Of a stretch of DNA of 49,984 nt, positions 41,359-49,984 are shown piece after piece (positions within the stretch are counted from its first letter, which is position 1; each line of letters begins with the position of its first letter). The position numbers and the translations under genes were made by a program. The notes under the pieces were generated by a model. The model made no database searches. It worked only from the letters and a program-made list of their open reading frames with translations, and had not been told where the DNA came from. The stretch lies in contig CAYZOI010000003.1 in assembly GCA_964480145.1 (NCBI GenBank), positions 1 to 49,984 of the forward strand, written 5' to 3'. Source of the stretch: an uncultured Dehalococcoidaceae bacterium. GTDB taxonomy: Bacteria > Chloroflexota > Dehalococcoidia > Dehalococcoidales > RBG-16-60-22.

Positions 41359-43869
41359 ATGGCCATTGGGACGGTGAAGCCGGTATCAATAGAAAAGGAG
41401 ATGCAGGGCTCGTATCTCGATTACGCGATGAGCGTCATCGTGTCCCGTGCTCTGCCCGATGTTCGTGATGGGTTGAAACCGGTACACCGGCGCATTCTCT
41501 ACGCAGTAAATGACATGGGCCTTACGGCTAACAGTACGCACCGTAAGAGCGCCCGTATTGTGGGTGAGGTTCTGGGTAAATATCACCCTCATGGAGACAC
41601 CTCGGTCTATGATGCTATGGTGCGTATGGCGCAGGACTTCTCCATGCGCTATCCACTGATAAACGGGCAGGGCAATTTCGGCAGCGTGGACAATGACCCC
41701 CCGGCGGCCATGCGGTATACCGAGGCCAAGCTGGGCCGTATCGCCAGCGAGATGCTGATTGACATTGAGAAAGAGACGGTCGACTTCATGCCCAATTTCG
41801 ACGACAGTCTCGAAGAGCCTAAGGTGCTGCCCACCCGCATCCCCAACCTTCTGCTCAACGGGAGCTCCGGCATCGCCGTTGGTATGGCGACCAATATCCC
41901 GCCTCACAACCTCAATGAAATCTGCGATGCCATTTCATGTCTCATCGATAATCCCAATGCTACGACTGAAGAGCTGACGCAGTTCGTCAAGGGGCCGGAC
42001 TTCCCCACCGCCGGCATCATCAAGGGTGTTGAGGGGATCAAGAATGCTTATGCTACCGGGCACGGTAAAATTGTGATTCAGGCCCGAGCCCGTGTTGAAA
42101 ATATCGCCCGGACCGAGCGAAGCCAAATCGTGGTCACCGAGCTCCCTTATCAGACGAATAAGGCTAGCCTGGTGGAAGCGATCGCGGAGCTGGTCAAGGA
42201 AAAGAAAATCACCGGCATCAGTGACCTGCGTGATGAATCCGACCGCCATGGCATGCGCATCGTCATTGAGCTGCGGAAAGAGGCTTTCCCGGAGCAGGTG
42301 CTTAATAACCTTTACAAACATACCGCCATGCAGTCCGCTTTCTTCGCCAACATGGTGGCGCTCGTGGACGGGCAACCGAGGGTTATCAGCCTGAAACAGG
42401 CGCTCAAGAGCTACATTGATTTCCGCCATGAGGTCATCACCCGCCGTTCCAAGTTCGAGCTGAAAGAGGCCAAGGCCAGGGCCCATATTCTGGAAGGGTT
42501 GAAAATTGCCCTTGACCAGATTGATGCCATTATCAGCACTATACGCAAATCGGAAACCGCAGAAGCGGCGCGTCAGGCGCTGATGAATAACTTCGGCCTG
42601 ACCCAGATACAGGCACAGGCCATTCTTGACATGCAGTTGCGCCGTCTGGCTAGCCTGGAGCGGCAGAAGATACTCGATGAATATACGGGGTTATTGAAAA
42701 CGATTTCCTATCTGGAAGACCTTCTCGCCAACCCGCGCCGCATGCTCATTCTTATCCAGGAGGAGGTCAGCGGCCTGAAGGAAAAGTACGGCGATGAACG
42801 GCGGACCGAAATCGTCGAGGGTGGGGAGGTTCAATTTCGTGAGGAGGACCTTATCCCGCACCAGAGGATGGTGGTGACGCTGAGCAACCGGGGCTATGTG
42901 AAACGGGTTCCCGCCCGCCTTTACACCCCGCAGCACCGCGGTGGCAAGGGGATTATCGGGATGATAACCAGAGAGGGCGACCCCGTGCGACTGCTCACCG
43001 TGGCCGATACCCACGATGTCATTTTCTTCTTCACCAACCGGGGCAAGGTGTACAGCCTGAAGTGCCATGAGACACCGGTGGATGGCTCCCGTATCGCGCG
43101 GGGTATGGCCGTGGTCAATCTATTCCCGGTTGCTGATGGCGAAGTGGTGACGGCAATTGTGGCGGTGACCGATTTTACGCCGGAGACTTACCTGCTCATG
43201 GCCACGGTTAAAGGAGAAATAAAGAAGACATCGGTGGACCATTTCGCGGCGGTGCGCAGCAGCGGGCTCATTGCTATGGACCTGGCCGAGGGCGATGAGC
43301 AGGTAGATGCCTGCCTGGCTACGGATAAAGACGAGGTCATCCTGGTCACGGAGACCGGGCAATCCATCAAATTTACCGTGGCGAGCTTGCGGGCGAGTTC
43401 CCGGGTCAGCGGTGGCGTGCGTGCTCTTCGTCTTGCCTCCGGCGACCGGGTCGTCAGCATGGACCACGCCGATGCCGAGGCATGCCTCCTGATAGTGACC
43501 AGCGGCGGCTTCGGCAAGCTGACACCACTGAAGCAGTATCCGCGTCAGCACCGGGCGGGCAGTGGGGTCAGGACTTTTAAAGTTACCGAGAAGACCGGCA
43601 GCATCGCGGCGGCTAAAGTGGTTGCCTTTCAGGACCAGGTGATGATTATATCGGCCAACGGGATTGTTACCCGCACCCCGGTAAAGGAAAAGGACCCCAG
43701 GCAGGGCATTACCCTGCAGGGCAGGAGTACCCAGGGAGTCAGGTTGATGAGACTGGAGACCGGGGACGAAGTGGTGGCAGTGGCCTCCTTCGGAGGAGAA
43801 AAGGAAAAGAGCAAGGACAAACCGGAGAAAAAACCGGAAAAGAAAAAGGAAAAGAAGAGTAAGAAATGA
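41359..43869 (+). CDS. gyrA: DNA gyrase subunit A
   Basis: [27 protein letters not shown], the active-site region ([17 protein letters not shown]; AAMRYTE), C-terminal beta-pinwheel repeats and a Lys-rich tail [23 protein letters not shown]. Confidence 0.95.
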   Translation: MAIGTVKPVSIEKEMQGSYLDYAMSVIVSRALPDVRDGLKPVHRRILYAVNDMGLTANSTHRKSARIVGEVLGKYHPHGDTSVYDAMVRMAQDFSMRYPLINGQGNFGSVDNDPPAAMRYTEAKLGRIASEMLIDIEKETVDFMPNFDDSLEEPKVLPTRIPNLLLNGSSGIAVGMATNIPPHNLNEICDAISCLIDNPNATTEELTQFVKGPDFPTAGIIKGVEGIKNAYATGHGKIVIQARARVENIARTERSQIVVTELPYQTNKASLVEAIAELVKEKKITGISDLRDESDRHGMRIVIELRKEAFPEQVLNNLYKHTAMQSAFFANMVALVDGQPRVISLKQALKSYIDFRHEVITRRSKFELKEAKARAHILEGLKIALDQIDAIISTIRKSETAEAARQALMNNFGLTQIQAQAILDMQLRRLASLERQKILDEYTGLLKTISYLEDLLANPRRMLILIQEEVSGLKEKYGDERRTEIVEGGEVQFREEDLIPHQRMVVTLSNRGYVKRVPARLYTPQHRGGKGIIGMITREGDPVRLLTVADTHDVIFFFTNRGKVYSLKCHETPVDGSRIARGMAVVNLFPVADGEVVTAIVAVTDFTPETYLLMATVKGEIKKTSVDHFAAVRSSGLIAMDLAEGDEQVDACLATDKDEVILVTETGQSIKFTVASLRASSRVSGGVRALRLASGDRVVSMDHADAEACLLIVTSGGFGKLTPLKQYPRQHRAGSGVRTFKVTEKTGSIAAAKVVAFQDQVMIISANGIVTRTPVKEKDPRQGITLQGRSTQGVRLMRLETGDEVVAVASFGGEKEKSKDKPEKKPEKKKEKKSKK

Positions 43870-44633
43870 GCATGCCAAGTATCTCTCTGGCCGGGAAAGT
43901 AGCCGTTGTTACCGGCAGTTCTCGCGGCATAGGCAAAGGGATTGCCCTCATGTTTGCCGGGGCAGGGGCGGACGTGGTGGTCTGTAGCCGAAACCTGGAT
44001 GGCAAGCTAGAGATGGCGGCTGACGAGGTTCGAAAACTGGGGAGACGCTCTCTGGCCGTCACGGTCGATGTCAACCGGCAGGTGGATATCGATAGCCTGA
44101 TAAAGCAAACCATGGACGGATTCGGTGCCATTGACGTTCTGGTGAACAATGCCGCGGCCGCGGTCAGGGCGCCTGTAATGGAGCAAAGCGAGGAGGACTG
44201 GGACAAAGTAGTTGATACCAACCTGAAAAGTTACTTCCTCTGCTCACGGGCAGTGGGCAGGGTAATGATAGAGCGGAAGCGGGGCAATATCATCAATATT
44301 TCCTCGGTGCGGGGCATTGAGGGGGCACCGGGGAGGGTCGGCTACAGCGTTGCCAAGGCGGGCGTCATCATGCTTACCCGGGTGCTGGCCCTGGAATTCG
44401 TCCAATATAATATACGGGTGAACGCCATCGCGCCTGGCTGGATTATGACGGAGCTTACCGCGCCGCAGTGGAAAGACCCCAAGGTTCGCAAAGAGATTGA
44501 TGCGACGATACCGATGGGCCGATGGGCTTCGGCGGACGAGATGGCCAGCGTGGCCCTCTTCCTGGCCTCAGATATGTCCAGCTATGTGACCGGGCAAACC
44601 CTGGCGGCGGATGGCGGCATCACTGCTGCCTAA
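43866..44633 (+). CDS. short-chain dehydrogenase/reductase (FabG-like)
   Basis: [10 protein letters not shown] cofactor motif, NNAA, and the catalytic S...YSVAKAG. The start overlaps the gyrA stop (ATGA). Confidence 0.85.
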   Translation: MSMPSISLAGKVAVVTGSSRGIGKGIALMFAGAGADVVVCSRNLDGKLEMAADEVRKLGRRSLAVTVDVNRQVDIDSLIKQTMDGFGAIDVLVNNAAAAVRAPVMEQSEEDWDKVVDTNLKSYFLCSRAVGRVMIERKRGNIINISSVRGIEGAPGRVGYSVAKAGVIMLTRVLALEFVQYNIRVNAIAPGWIMTELTAPQWKDPKVRKEIDATIPMGRWASADEMASVALFLASDMSSYVTGQTLAADGGITAA

Positions 44634-46483
44634 CTTATCGCTTTGGACTTTAACCGGCAGTCCGGATGCCAGCGCTGCATTCCGCATGAGTAACAGTCGC
44701 CAAAACGACAGTCCGGTGTCTCTTTGCCCTCCGTCGCGGAGCGGAATTCCTTCTTCAAAAAGGCAGTTGACACCCCGGGGTCGATATGCGCCCAGGGAAG
44801 TAGTTCGTCAAGGGAACGCTCGCGGTGTGCGTAGAAGGCGGGGTCAAGACCGCTCTCGGCGAGAGCATGCTGCCAGTTCTCGTAATTGAAATGTTCGTTC
44901 CAGGCGTCGAATTTGGAGCCAAGTTTCCAGGCACGGTAGATTGTCGTACCCAGACGCCGGTCGCCGCGTGATATAACGGCTTCCAGGAGGCTTGCCTTCG
45001 GGTCCTGCCAGGACAGCTTTGCTCCCAGCCGCCGCAGCCCCTGCCTCAAAATCTCCTGTTTTTTATTTAACTGGGCCTCGTCTTCCTGGGCTACCCACTG
45101 GAAGGGGGTATGTGGCTTGGGCACGAAAGTGGCCGCGCTGACCCTGAGGCCCGGCAACTTTCCCTTCACCTGTTTCCCCACGTTGCGGATTTTTTCCACC
45201 AGCCGGACAATCTCATCGACATCCTCGGCGGTCTCGGTGGGCAGCCCCAGCATAAAGTACAGTTTCATGCCCGTCCAGCCCCGCTCAAAGGCGGTGGCGG
45301 CCGTTTCCAGGAGTTCATCCTCCGGGATGTTCTTGTTGATGACCCGACGCAGGCGCTCACTGCCGGCTTCAGGGGCAAAGGTCAATCCCGTCCGGCTGCG
45401 GGCAGGGAGCGCGCCCATCAAGCGGACGGAGAAATGGCTGACGCGCAGACTGGGCAGCGAAAGGGCAAGGTTCGGGTGCTGGGACGCCAGACCGGCGACC
45501 AGTTCATCAATACCGGCATAGTCGCTGCTGCTCAGTGAGACCAGGGATATTACGTCGTAGCCACAGTGTCCGATGATTTCTGCCGCTGCCTTGAGCACTT
45601 CTTCCCGGGGACGCTCCCGTGCCGGGCGGTAGATAATGCCGGCCTGACAGAAGCGACAGCCACGACTACATCCCCGCTGTATCTCTATGGCGCCGCGGTC
45701 GTGGACGACCTCAATGTACGGGACAACAGGGCTTGTCACTGGAGGTGGCAGCCTGGTTATGATGCGCCGCTGGATGCGGGGTTTCGCTTCCGGTACGTTC
45801 GGAGTGAAGCTCTTCAGGCGGCCATCAGCCTGATATTCAACATGATACAGGCCGGGAACATAGATGCCCGGAATGGCGGCTGCCTGTCGCAGGAAATCGC
45901 TTTTTCGGGCGCCGCCCGCCTTCTCCCATTCGCGGTAAGCATCCAGAAATTCAAGAGTTACCTCTTCCCCGTCGCCGATGACGAATAGGTCGATGAAGTC
46001 GGCCATCGGCTCCGGATTCAGCACGCAGCTGCCCCCGGCGATGACCAGCGGATGGCTCTCCTCCCTTTCCGCGGCAAGGACGGGTATGTGGGCTAGGTCG
46101 AGCATATTCAGTACGTTGGTATAGGTGAGCTCATAGCCGAGGGAGAAGCCGATGATATTAAAATCCCGGAGCGGGCGCCTGGATTCAAGGCTGAAGAGGG
46201 GGATATCCTTTTCCCTCATGGCGGCTTCCATATCTGCCCAGGGGGCAAAGGTGCGTTCGGCAAGCACGTCTGGCTGGCGGTTGAAAAGGTCATAGAGGAT
46301 GGGCAGGGCGATATTGGACATCCCAATTTCATAGACATCGGGATAGCTGAGGGCGATTTTTATCGGCGTGCTGTCCCAGTCCTTGACGATGCTGTTCCAC
46401 TCGCCGCCCGTATAGCGTCCCGGTCTGGTTACCTTGAGTAAAATATTATCCAGATTGGTCAAGTGTTTCCTCCGCGCGGTCAA
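44630..46483 (-). CDS. radical SAM protein with N-terminal B12-binding-like domain (uncharacterised fused rSAM family)
   Basis: VTRPGRYTGGEWN N-terminal signature, CX3CX2C in RGCSRGCRFCQAG, and a long C-terminal extension. 617 aa. Confidence 0.8.
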   Translation of the reverse strand: MTARRKHLTNLDNILLKVTRPGRYTGGEWNSIVKDWDSTPIKIALSYPDVYEIGMSNIALPILYDLFNRQPDVLAERTFAPWADMEAAMREKDIPLFSLESRRPLRDFNIIGFSLGYELTYTNVLNMLDLAHIPVLAAEREESHPLVIAGGSCVLNPEPMADFIDLFVIGDGEEVTLEFLDAYREWEKAGGARKSDFLRQAAAIPGIYVPGLYHVEYQADGRLKSFTPNVPEAKPRIQRRIITRLPPPVTSPVVPYIEVVHDRGAIEIQRGCSRGCRFCQAGIIYRPARERPREEVLKAAAEIIGHCGYDVISLVSLSSSDYAGIDELVAGLASQHPNLALSLPSLRVSHFSVRLMGALPARSRTGLTFAPEAGSERLRRVINKNIPEDELLETAATAFERGWTGMKLYFMLGLPTETAEDVDEIVRLVEKIRNVGKQVKGKLPGLRVSAATFVPKPHTPFQWVAQEDEAQLNKKQEILRQGLRRLGAKLSWQDPKASLLEAVISRGDRRLGTTIYRAWKLGSKFDAWNEHFNYENWQHALAESGLDPAFYAHRERSLDELLPWAHIDPGVSTAFLKKEFRSATEGKETPDCRFGDCYSCGMQRWHPDCRLKSKAIS

Positions 46484-46607
46484 CGATATACGACTTTATC
46501 TTAACAGAGGGGATAAAATCAATAAAGAGAGGTCAAACCTCTCTCCAGTCTTGTTTTGCTTTTCGCAAAGCAAGTTGGCAGATTATTTTCTACCTCACCC
46601 CCTTAAT

Positions 46608-46674
46608 CCCCCTCTCCTTACGAGGGGTCAAAGGAGAGGGGGAGAGGTGTGTAAGAGGGGCTTGCGCCCCTCTT
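46608..46674. repeat. two adjacent perfect GC-rich hairpins (12-bp and 9-bp stems)
   Basis: CCCCCTCTCCTT (46608-46619) pairs with AAGGAGAGGGGG (46631-46642) across an 11-nt loop. AAGAGGGGC (46653-46661) pairs with GCCCCTCTT (46666-46674) across a 4-nt loop. Neither has a flanking U-tract. Confidence 0.7.
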
Positions 46675-46796
46675 TAACTCCCCGTTGGGTAGGGTGGTGG
46701 AGTTAAAAACTGAGGGATAAGCCACAGATGCCGCGAGGGTGGCAGGGTGGGAAAAGATATCTGAAAAGAAAGGGAGAGAGAAGAGGGGACAGATGC

Positions 46797-46931
46797 CTAG
46801 CTCTTTTTCTTCTTTTTATGCTTCTCATTAATTTTAGCTAATATGCCTTCAACTAAGCTTTTGTACCGATTATCATTATTTTGTGTTTTTCGATATTCTT
46901 CCCATACGTCTGAATCTTTCTTCCTTGCCAT
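46797..46931 (-). CDS. possible small Lys-rich protein (44 aa)
   Basis: ATG 46931 follows GGGGGTAAAA. It reads MARKKDSDVWEEYRKTQNNDNRYKSLVEGILAKINEKHKKKKKS. AT-rich, no homology recognisable, and not in the ORF track because it is under 60 aa. Confidence 0.3.
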   Translation of the reverse strand: MARKKDSDVWEEYRKTQNNDNRYKSLVEGILAKINEKHKKKKKS

Positions 46932-46999
46932 TTTTACCCCCCAGGCCTTGAGGCAGCAGTATAGCTTATTTATACTATGAGGATAACCTTAGGTCAATA

Positions 47000-48922
47000 C
47001 TATACCTCTCTAAACTCGCCCTCCACGGCGCCTTCGCCTTCCTCACCACCTTCTCCGCCGCCGCCTTCCGGTTCCGGGGGTGCCTCGCCTTCCGGTGGCG
47101 GGGGTGGTTGCTGGTATACGGCGGCGCCGACTTTCTGCATCATCTCGTTTAACTCCTGGCTTGCCTTCTGGATGGCGGCAACGTCGGAGCCCTGCAGCGC
47201 CGAGCGCACTTCGGAAATCTTGGCTTCCACCTCCTGGTTCAGCTCGGCCGGTATCTTATCCTTGTTGTCGCGGAGGGTCTTCTCGGCGGTATAGGCGAGG
47301 GTATCGGCCATATTGCGTGCTTCCACTTCCTCGCGTCGCTTGTTGTCTTCCGCCGCGTGCATTTCCGCATCTTTCTGCATTTTTTCTATTTCTTCCTTGT
47401 TCAGGCCGCTGGAGGCGGTGATGGTTATCTTCTGCTCCCGGCCGGTGCCCTTGTCCACCGCCTTTACATTGAGGATGCCGTTGGCATCAATGTCGAACGT
47501 GACCTCAATCTGGGGCAGGCCGCGCGGTGCCGGCAGGATGCCATCAAGGATAAAGCGACCCAGTGTGCGGTTGTCAGCGGACATGGGCCGTTCACCCTGG
47601 AGAACGTGGATATCAACGCTCGGCTGGTTGTCCGCGGCGGTGCTGAAAATCTGGCTCTTGGAGGTGGGGATGGTGGTGTTGCGCGTGATGAGAGAGGTGG
47701 CCACACCGCCCAGGGTCTCGATGCCCAGGGTCAGCGGGGTAACGTCAAGCAGCAGGACTTCTTTCACCTCGCCCTTGAGCACACCGGCCTGAATCGCCGC
47801 CCCGATGGCCACGACCTCATCCGGATTCACTCCTTTATGCGGTTCCTTGTCGAAGAACTGCTTCACCTTTTCCTGCACCAGGGGCATTCTGGTCTGCCCG
47901 CCGACGAGGATGACCTCATTGACCTGAGATGCGGTCTTGCCGGCGTCTTCCAATGCCTGTTTGCACGGTCCCAGGGTTTTCTCAACAAGGTCCATAACCA
48001 GCTGCTCCAGCTTGGCCCGCGTGAGCGTATAGTTCAGGTGTTTCGGGCCGCTGGCGTCTGCGGTAACGAAGGGCAGGTTGATTTCTGTCTGCTGGACGGT
48101 GGAGAGCTCAACTTTCGCCCTCTCGGCAGCTTCCTTCAGGCGTTGCAATGCCATCTTGTCCTGTTTGAGGTCGATTCCCTGGTCGCGCTTGAACTCGTCA
48201 CTGAGCCAGTCTATAACGCGCTGGTCGAAATCATCGCCCCCGAGGTGAGTATCCCCGGCGGTTGATTTGACCTGGAAAGTACCCTCGCCGATTTCGAGGA
48301 TTGAGATGTCAAAGGTGCCGCCGCCCAGGTCATAGACGGCAATCGACTCCTCGCCCTTCTTGTCAAGACCATAGGCCAGCGATGCTGCCGTGGGCTCGTT
48401 TATAATGCGCAGCACGTTCAGTCCGGCGATGGTGCCGGCATCCTTGGTAGCCTGTCGTTGCGCATCATTGAAGTAGGCGGGGACGGTGATAACGGCATCG
48501 GTCACCGGTTCGCCGAGGTAGGCCTCGGCATCCGCCTTTATTTTCTGCAGAATCATGGCGGAAATCTCTTCAGGCCGGTACTCCTTGTCTCCCATCTTTA
48601 CCGTGGCTTCGTTGTCCTTGCCTTTAGTTACCGAGTAGGTCTTGCGCTTGGCGTCCTCTTCCACGGGTAGCTCGCGCCCGATGGGTTCTCCCCACTTACG
48701 CCCCATAAATCGCTTTATGCTGTAGATGGTATTATCCGGGTTGACGATAGCCTGGCGCTTGGCGATCTGCCCGACCAGACGTTCTCCGGTCTTGCTTATG
48801 GCCACTACCGATGGGATAAGGTTGCCGCCCTCGGCCGATGGTATGACCACCGGCTCGCCGCCCTGCATCACCGCCACTTCGCTCATCGTTGTTCCAAGGT
48901 CAATGCCAACAGCTCTTCCCAT
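47000..48922 (-). CDS. dnaK: molecular chaperone DnaK (Hsp70)
   Basis: [26 protein letters not shown] and a C-terminal P/E/G-rich tail. The ATG overlaps the grpE stop (TAATG). Confidence 0.95.
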   Translation of the reverse strand: MGRAVGIDLGTTMSEVAVMQGGEPVVIPSAEGGNLIPSVVAISKTGERLVGQIAKRQAIVNPDNTIYSIKRFMGRKWGEPIGRELPVEEDAKRKTYSVTKGKDNEATVKMGDKEYRPEEISAMILQKIKADAEAYLGEPVTDAVITVPAYFNDAQRQATKDAGTIAGLNVLRIINEPTAASLAYGLDKKGEESIAVYDLGGGTFDISILEIGEGTFQVKSTAGDTHLGGDDFDQRVIDWLSDEFKRDQGIDLKQDKMALQRLKEAAERAKVELSTVQQTEINLPFVTADASGPKHLNYTLTRAKLEQLVMDLVEKTLGPCKQALEDAGKTASQVNEVILVGGQTRMPLVQEKVKQFFDKEPHKGVNPDEVVAIGAAIQAGVLKGEVKEVLLLDVTPLTLGIETLGGVATSLITRNTTIPTSKSQIFSTAADNQPSVDIHVLQGERPMSADNRTLGRFILDGILPAPRGLPQIEVTFDIDANGILNVKAVDKGTGREQKITITASSGLNKEEIEKMQKDAEMHAAEDNKRREEVEARNMADTLAYTAEKTLRDNKDKIPAELNQEVEAKISEVRSALQGSDVAAIQKASQELNEMMQKVGAAVYQQPPPPPEGEAPPEPEGGGGEGGEEGEGAVEGEFREV

Positions 48923-49470
48923 TATTCATCCTCCTTATCCACGTTTTCTCCATTGCCCACCACAACCATGGTCGGGCGGACAACTTTGTCATGCAATTGG
49001 TAACCCCTGCGTATTTCCTCTATAATGATTCCTTCCCTGCCTTTCTCCTGTCTCACCGCTTCATGAAGGTTGGGGTCAAATGGTTTCCCCAGCGCTTCAA
49101 TTTGGGTGAGCCCCTGCGCTTCCAGCACGGCTCTTAATTTGCGATAAATGAGTTTGACGCCGTCTACCCAGACGGCGCGGGACAGTTTTGCCGGTACGTT
49201 CGAGATTGCCCTCTCCAGGTCATCCAGGACAGGTAATAGTTCGAGCAAGAGGCCGGCATTGACAAATCGTGTGAATTCCTCTCTCTCCTGCTCGCTGCGC
49301 CGCTTGAAATTTGTGAAGTCGGCCTGCGCACGCTGCCAGCCGGCCAGGTTAGCTTCTGCCTTTGCCTGTTCCTCGGCCAGTTCCTGCCTCAGGCTTTCCA
49401 TATCCTCGCTTTCAACGAGCTCTGGTGCCGCCTCCAAATTCGGCTTTTTTTCTGCTTCCGATGACATCAT
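48922..49470 (-). CDS. grpE: nucleotide exchange factor GrpE
   Basis: Coiled-coil N-terminus, [22 protein letters not shown], and the C-terminal beta domain (FDPNLHEAV...[16 protein letters not shown]). Confidence 0.9.
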   Translation of the reverse strand: MMSSEAEKKPNLEAAPELVESEDMESLRQELAEEQAKAEANLAGWQRAQADFTNFKRRSEQEREEFTRFVNAGLLLELLPVLDDLERAISNVPAKLSRAVWVDGVKLIYRKLRAVLEAQGLTQIEALGKPFDPNLHEAVRQEKGREGIIIEEIRRGYQLHDKVVRPTMVVVGNGENVDKEDE

Positions 49471-49534
49471 AATCTATCTTACTTTATTCCTTGAAATTCG
49501 CCTATGACTTAAGTCACGAAATCACCGGACGGCT

Positions 49535-49984
49535 TCAGTAGAGGCCAGACATCAATTCGCGCAATATCTTAGACAGATAATTAACCGTGGTAATAGTATG
49601 CGCGTAAGGCATGCGGGTAGGGCCAAGAACGCTGACCGTACCCGCCGCCTCGTTGGAGATACCGTACTTGCTGGTCACGATACTGTAGTTGTGAAAGGTT
49701 TCATCCTCGTTTTCCATGCCGATGGTAACCGTTACTTTGTGGCTTTCCAGCTCTTTCGGAATGATTGTCTTGATAAGGCGGCGCTTTTCCACCAATTCCA
49801 TGAGACCGCGCATTCTGTCGCTGTGTGTGAACTCGGGCTGGCTGAGCATGAAATGAAACCCATCGAGATACGGTTCTTCATCTTCTTGCTCATCTTCGTC
49901 CTGCATCATACGGCTTAAAACGTCCAGGGTCTGTTCCTCAGCCGGGGAAAACTCGCTTTCTTTCTTCATGATTTGTTCTCGGTT
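49535..49984 (-). CDS. hrcA: heat-inducible transcription repressor HrcA, C-terminal part (gene continues right of the window)
   Basis: C-terminal HrcA signature VSVLGPTRMPYAHTITTVNYLSKIL. The frame is open to the window edge, and it sits upstream of grpE-dnaK. Confidence 0.8.
   Translation of the reverse strand, partial: NREQIMKKESEFSPAEEQTLDVLSRMMQDEDEQEDEEPYLDGFHFMLSQPEFTHSDRMRGLMELVEKRRLIKTIIPKELESHKVTVTIGMENEDETFHNYSIVTSKYGISNEAAGTVSVLGPTRMPYAHTITTVNYLSKILRELMSGLY

Noticed and set aside
46434-46706. 90-aa plus-strand ORF spanning the hairpin region
   Set aside because: It starts inside the radical SAM gene on the opposite strand. Its reading frame runs through the perfect inverted repeats, so its sequence is dictated by the repeats rather than by coding constraint.

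Overview
This 50-kb window is chromosomal DNA from a bacterium whose coding regions are fairly GC-rich, about 55% in the lines I hand-counted. The gene content suggests an anaerobic Chloroflexota/Dehalococcoidia-like organism, but that is inference only. The relevant genes are a reductive-dehalogenase-like gene, corrinoid methyltransferases, IorAB, and tRNA/tmRNA-type att scars near dnaA.

The window divides into four parts:
- **1-4.85 kb:** an AT-rich mosaic accessory segment, about 23-32% G+C in hand-counted lines. It holds a VOC/glyoxalase gene and an MFS transporter, two tRNA-like 3' fragments, a 37-nt direct repeat, an IS3 transposase remnant, and a frameshifted, truncated type III Mod methyltransferase.
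- **4.9-11.3 kb:** a GC-rich catabolic block. A PreA/DPD-like flavo-FeS enzyme, an amidohydrolase and a signal-less RdhA-like protein are co-directional. They are convergent with an aminotransferase and an Ldh_2 dehydrogenase. The block ends at an AT-rich HTH remnant and a tmRNA/tRNA-Ala-type 3' end that lacks its 5' half.
- **12-32 kb:** anaerobic metabolism. This includes a flavoprotein-IorAB-acyl-CoA ligase run, nth, an unknown gene with panB, and two corrinoid-dependent methyltransferase clusters. Together the clusters supply one corrinoid protein, three URO-D-like methyltransferases, one pterin-binding methyl-THF methyltransferase and one RACo-type activator. One cluster shares an operon with an Fe-ADH, a class III aminotransferase and a Cys-rich membrane protein.
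- **32-50 kb:** origin-proximal housekeeping genes: nadD, obg, dnaA with AT-rich flanks, fmt, mazG, tRNA-Pro(CGG), an ApgM-like gene with aspartokinase, nifU-like, a TPR gene, gyrA, an SDR, a radical SAM gene and hrcA-grpE-dnaK.

I saw no rRNA genes, CRISPR arrays, intact integrases or intact transposases. All functional calls come from reading motifs in the supplied translations. No database search was run.
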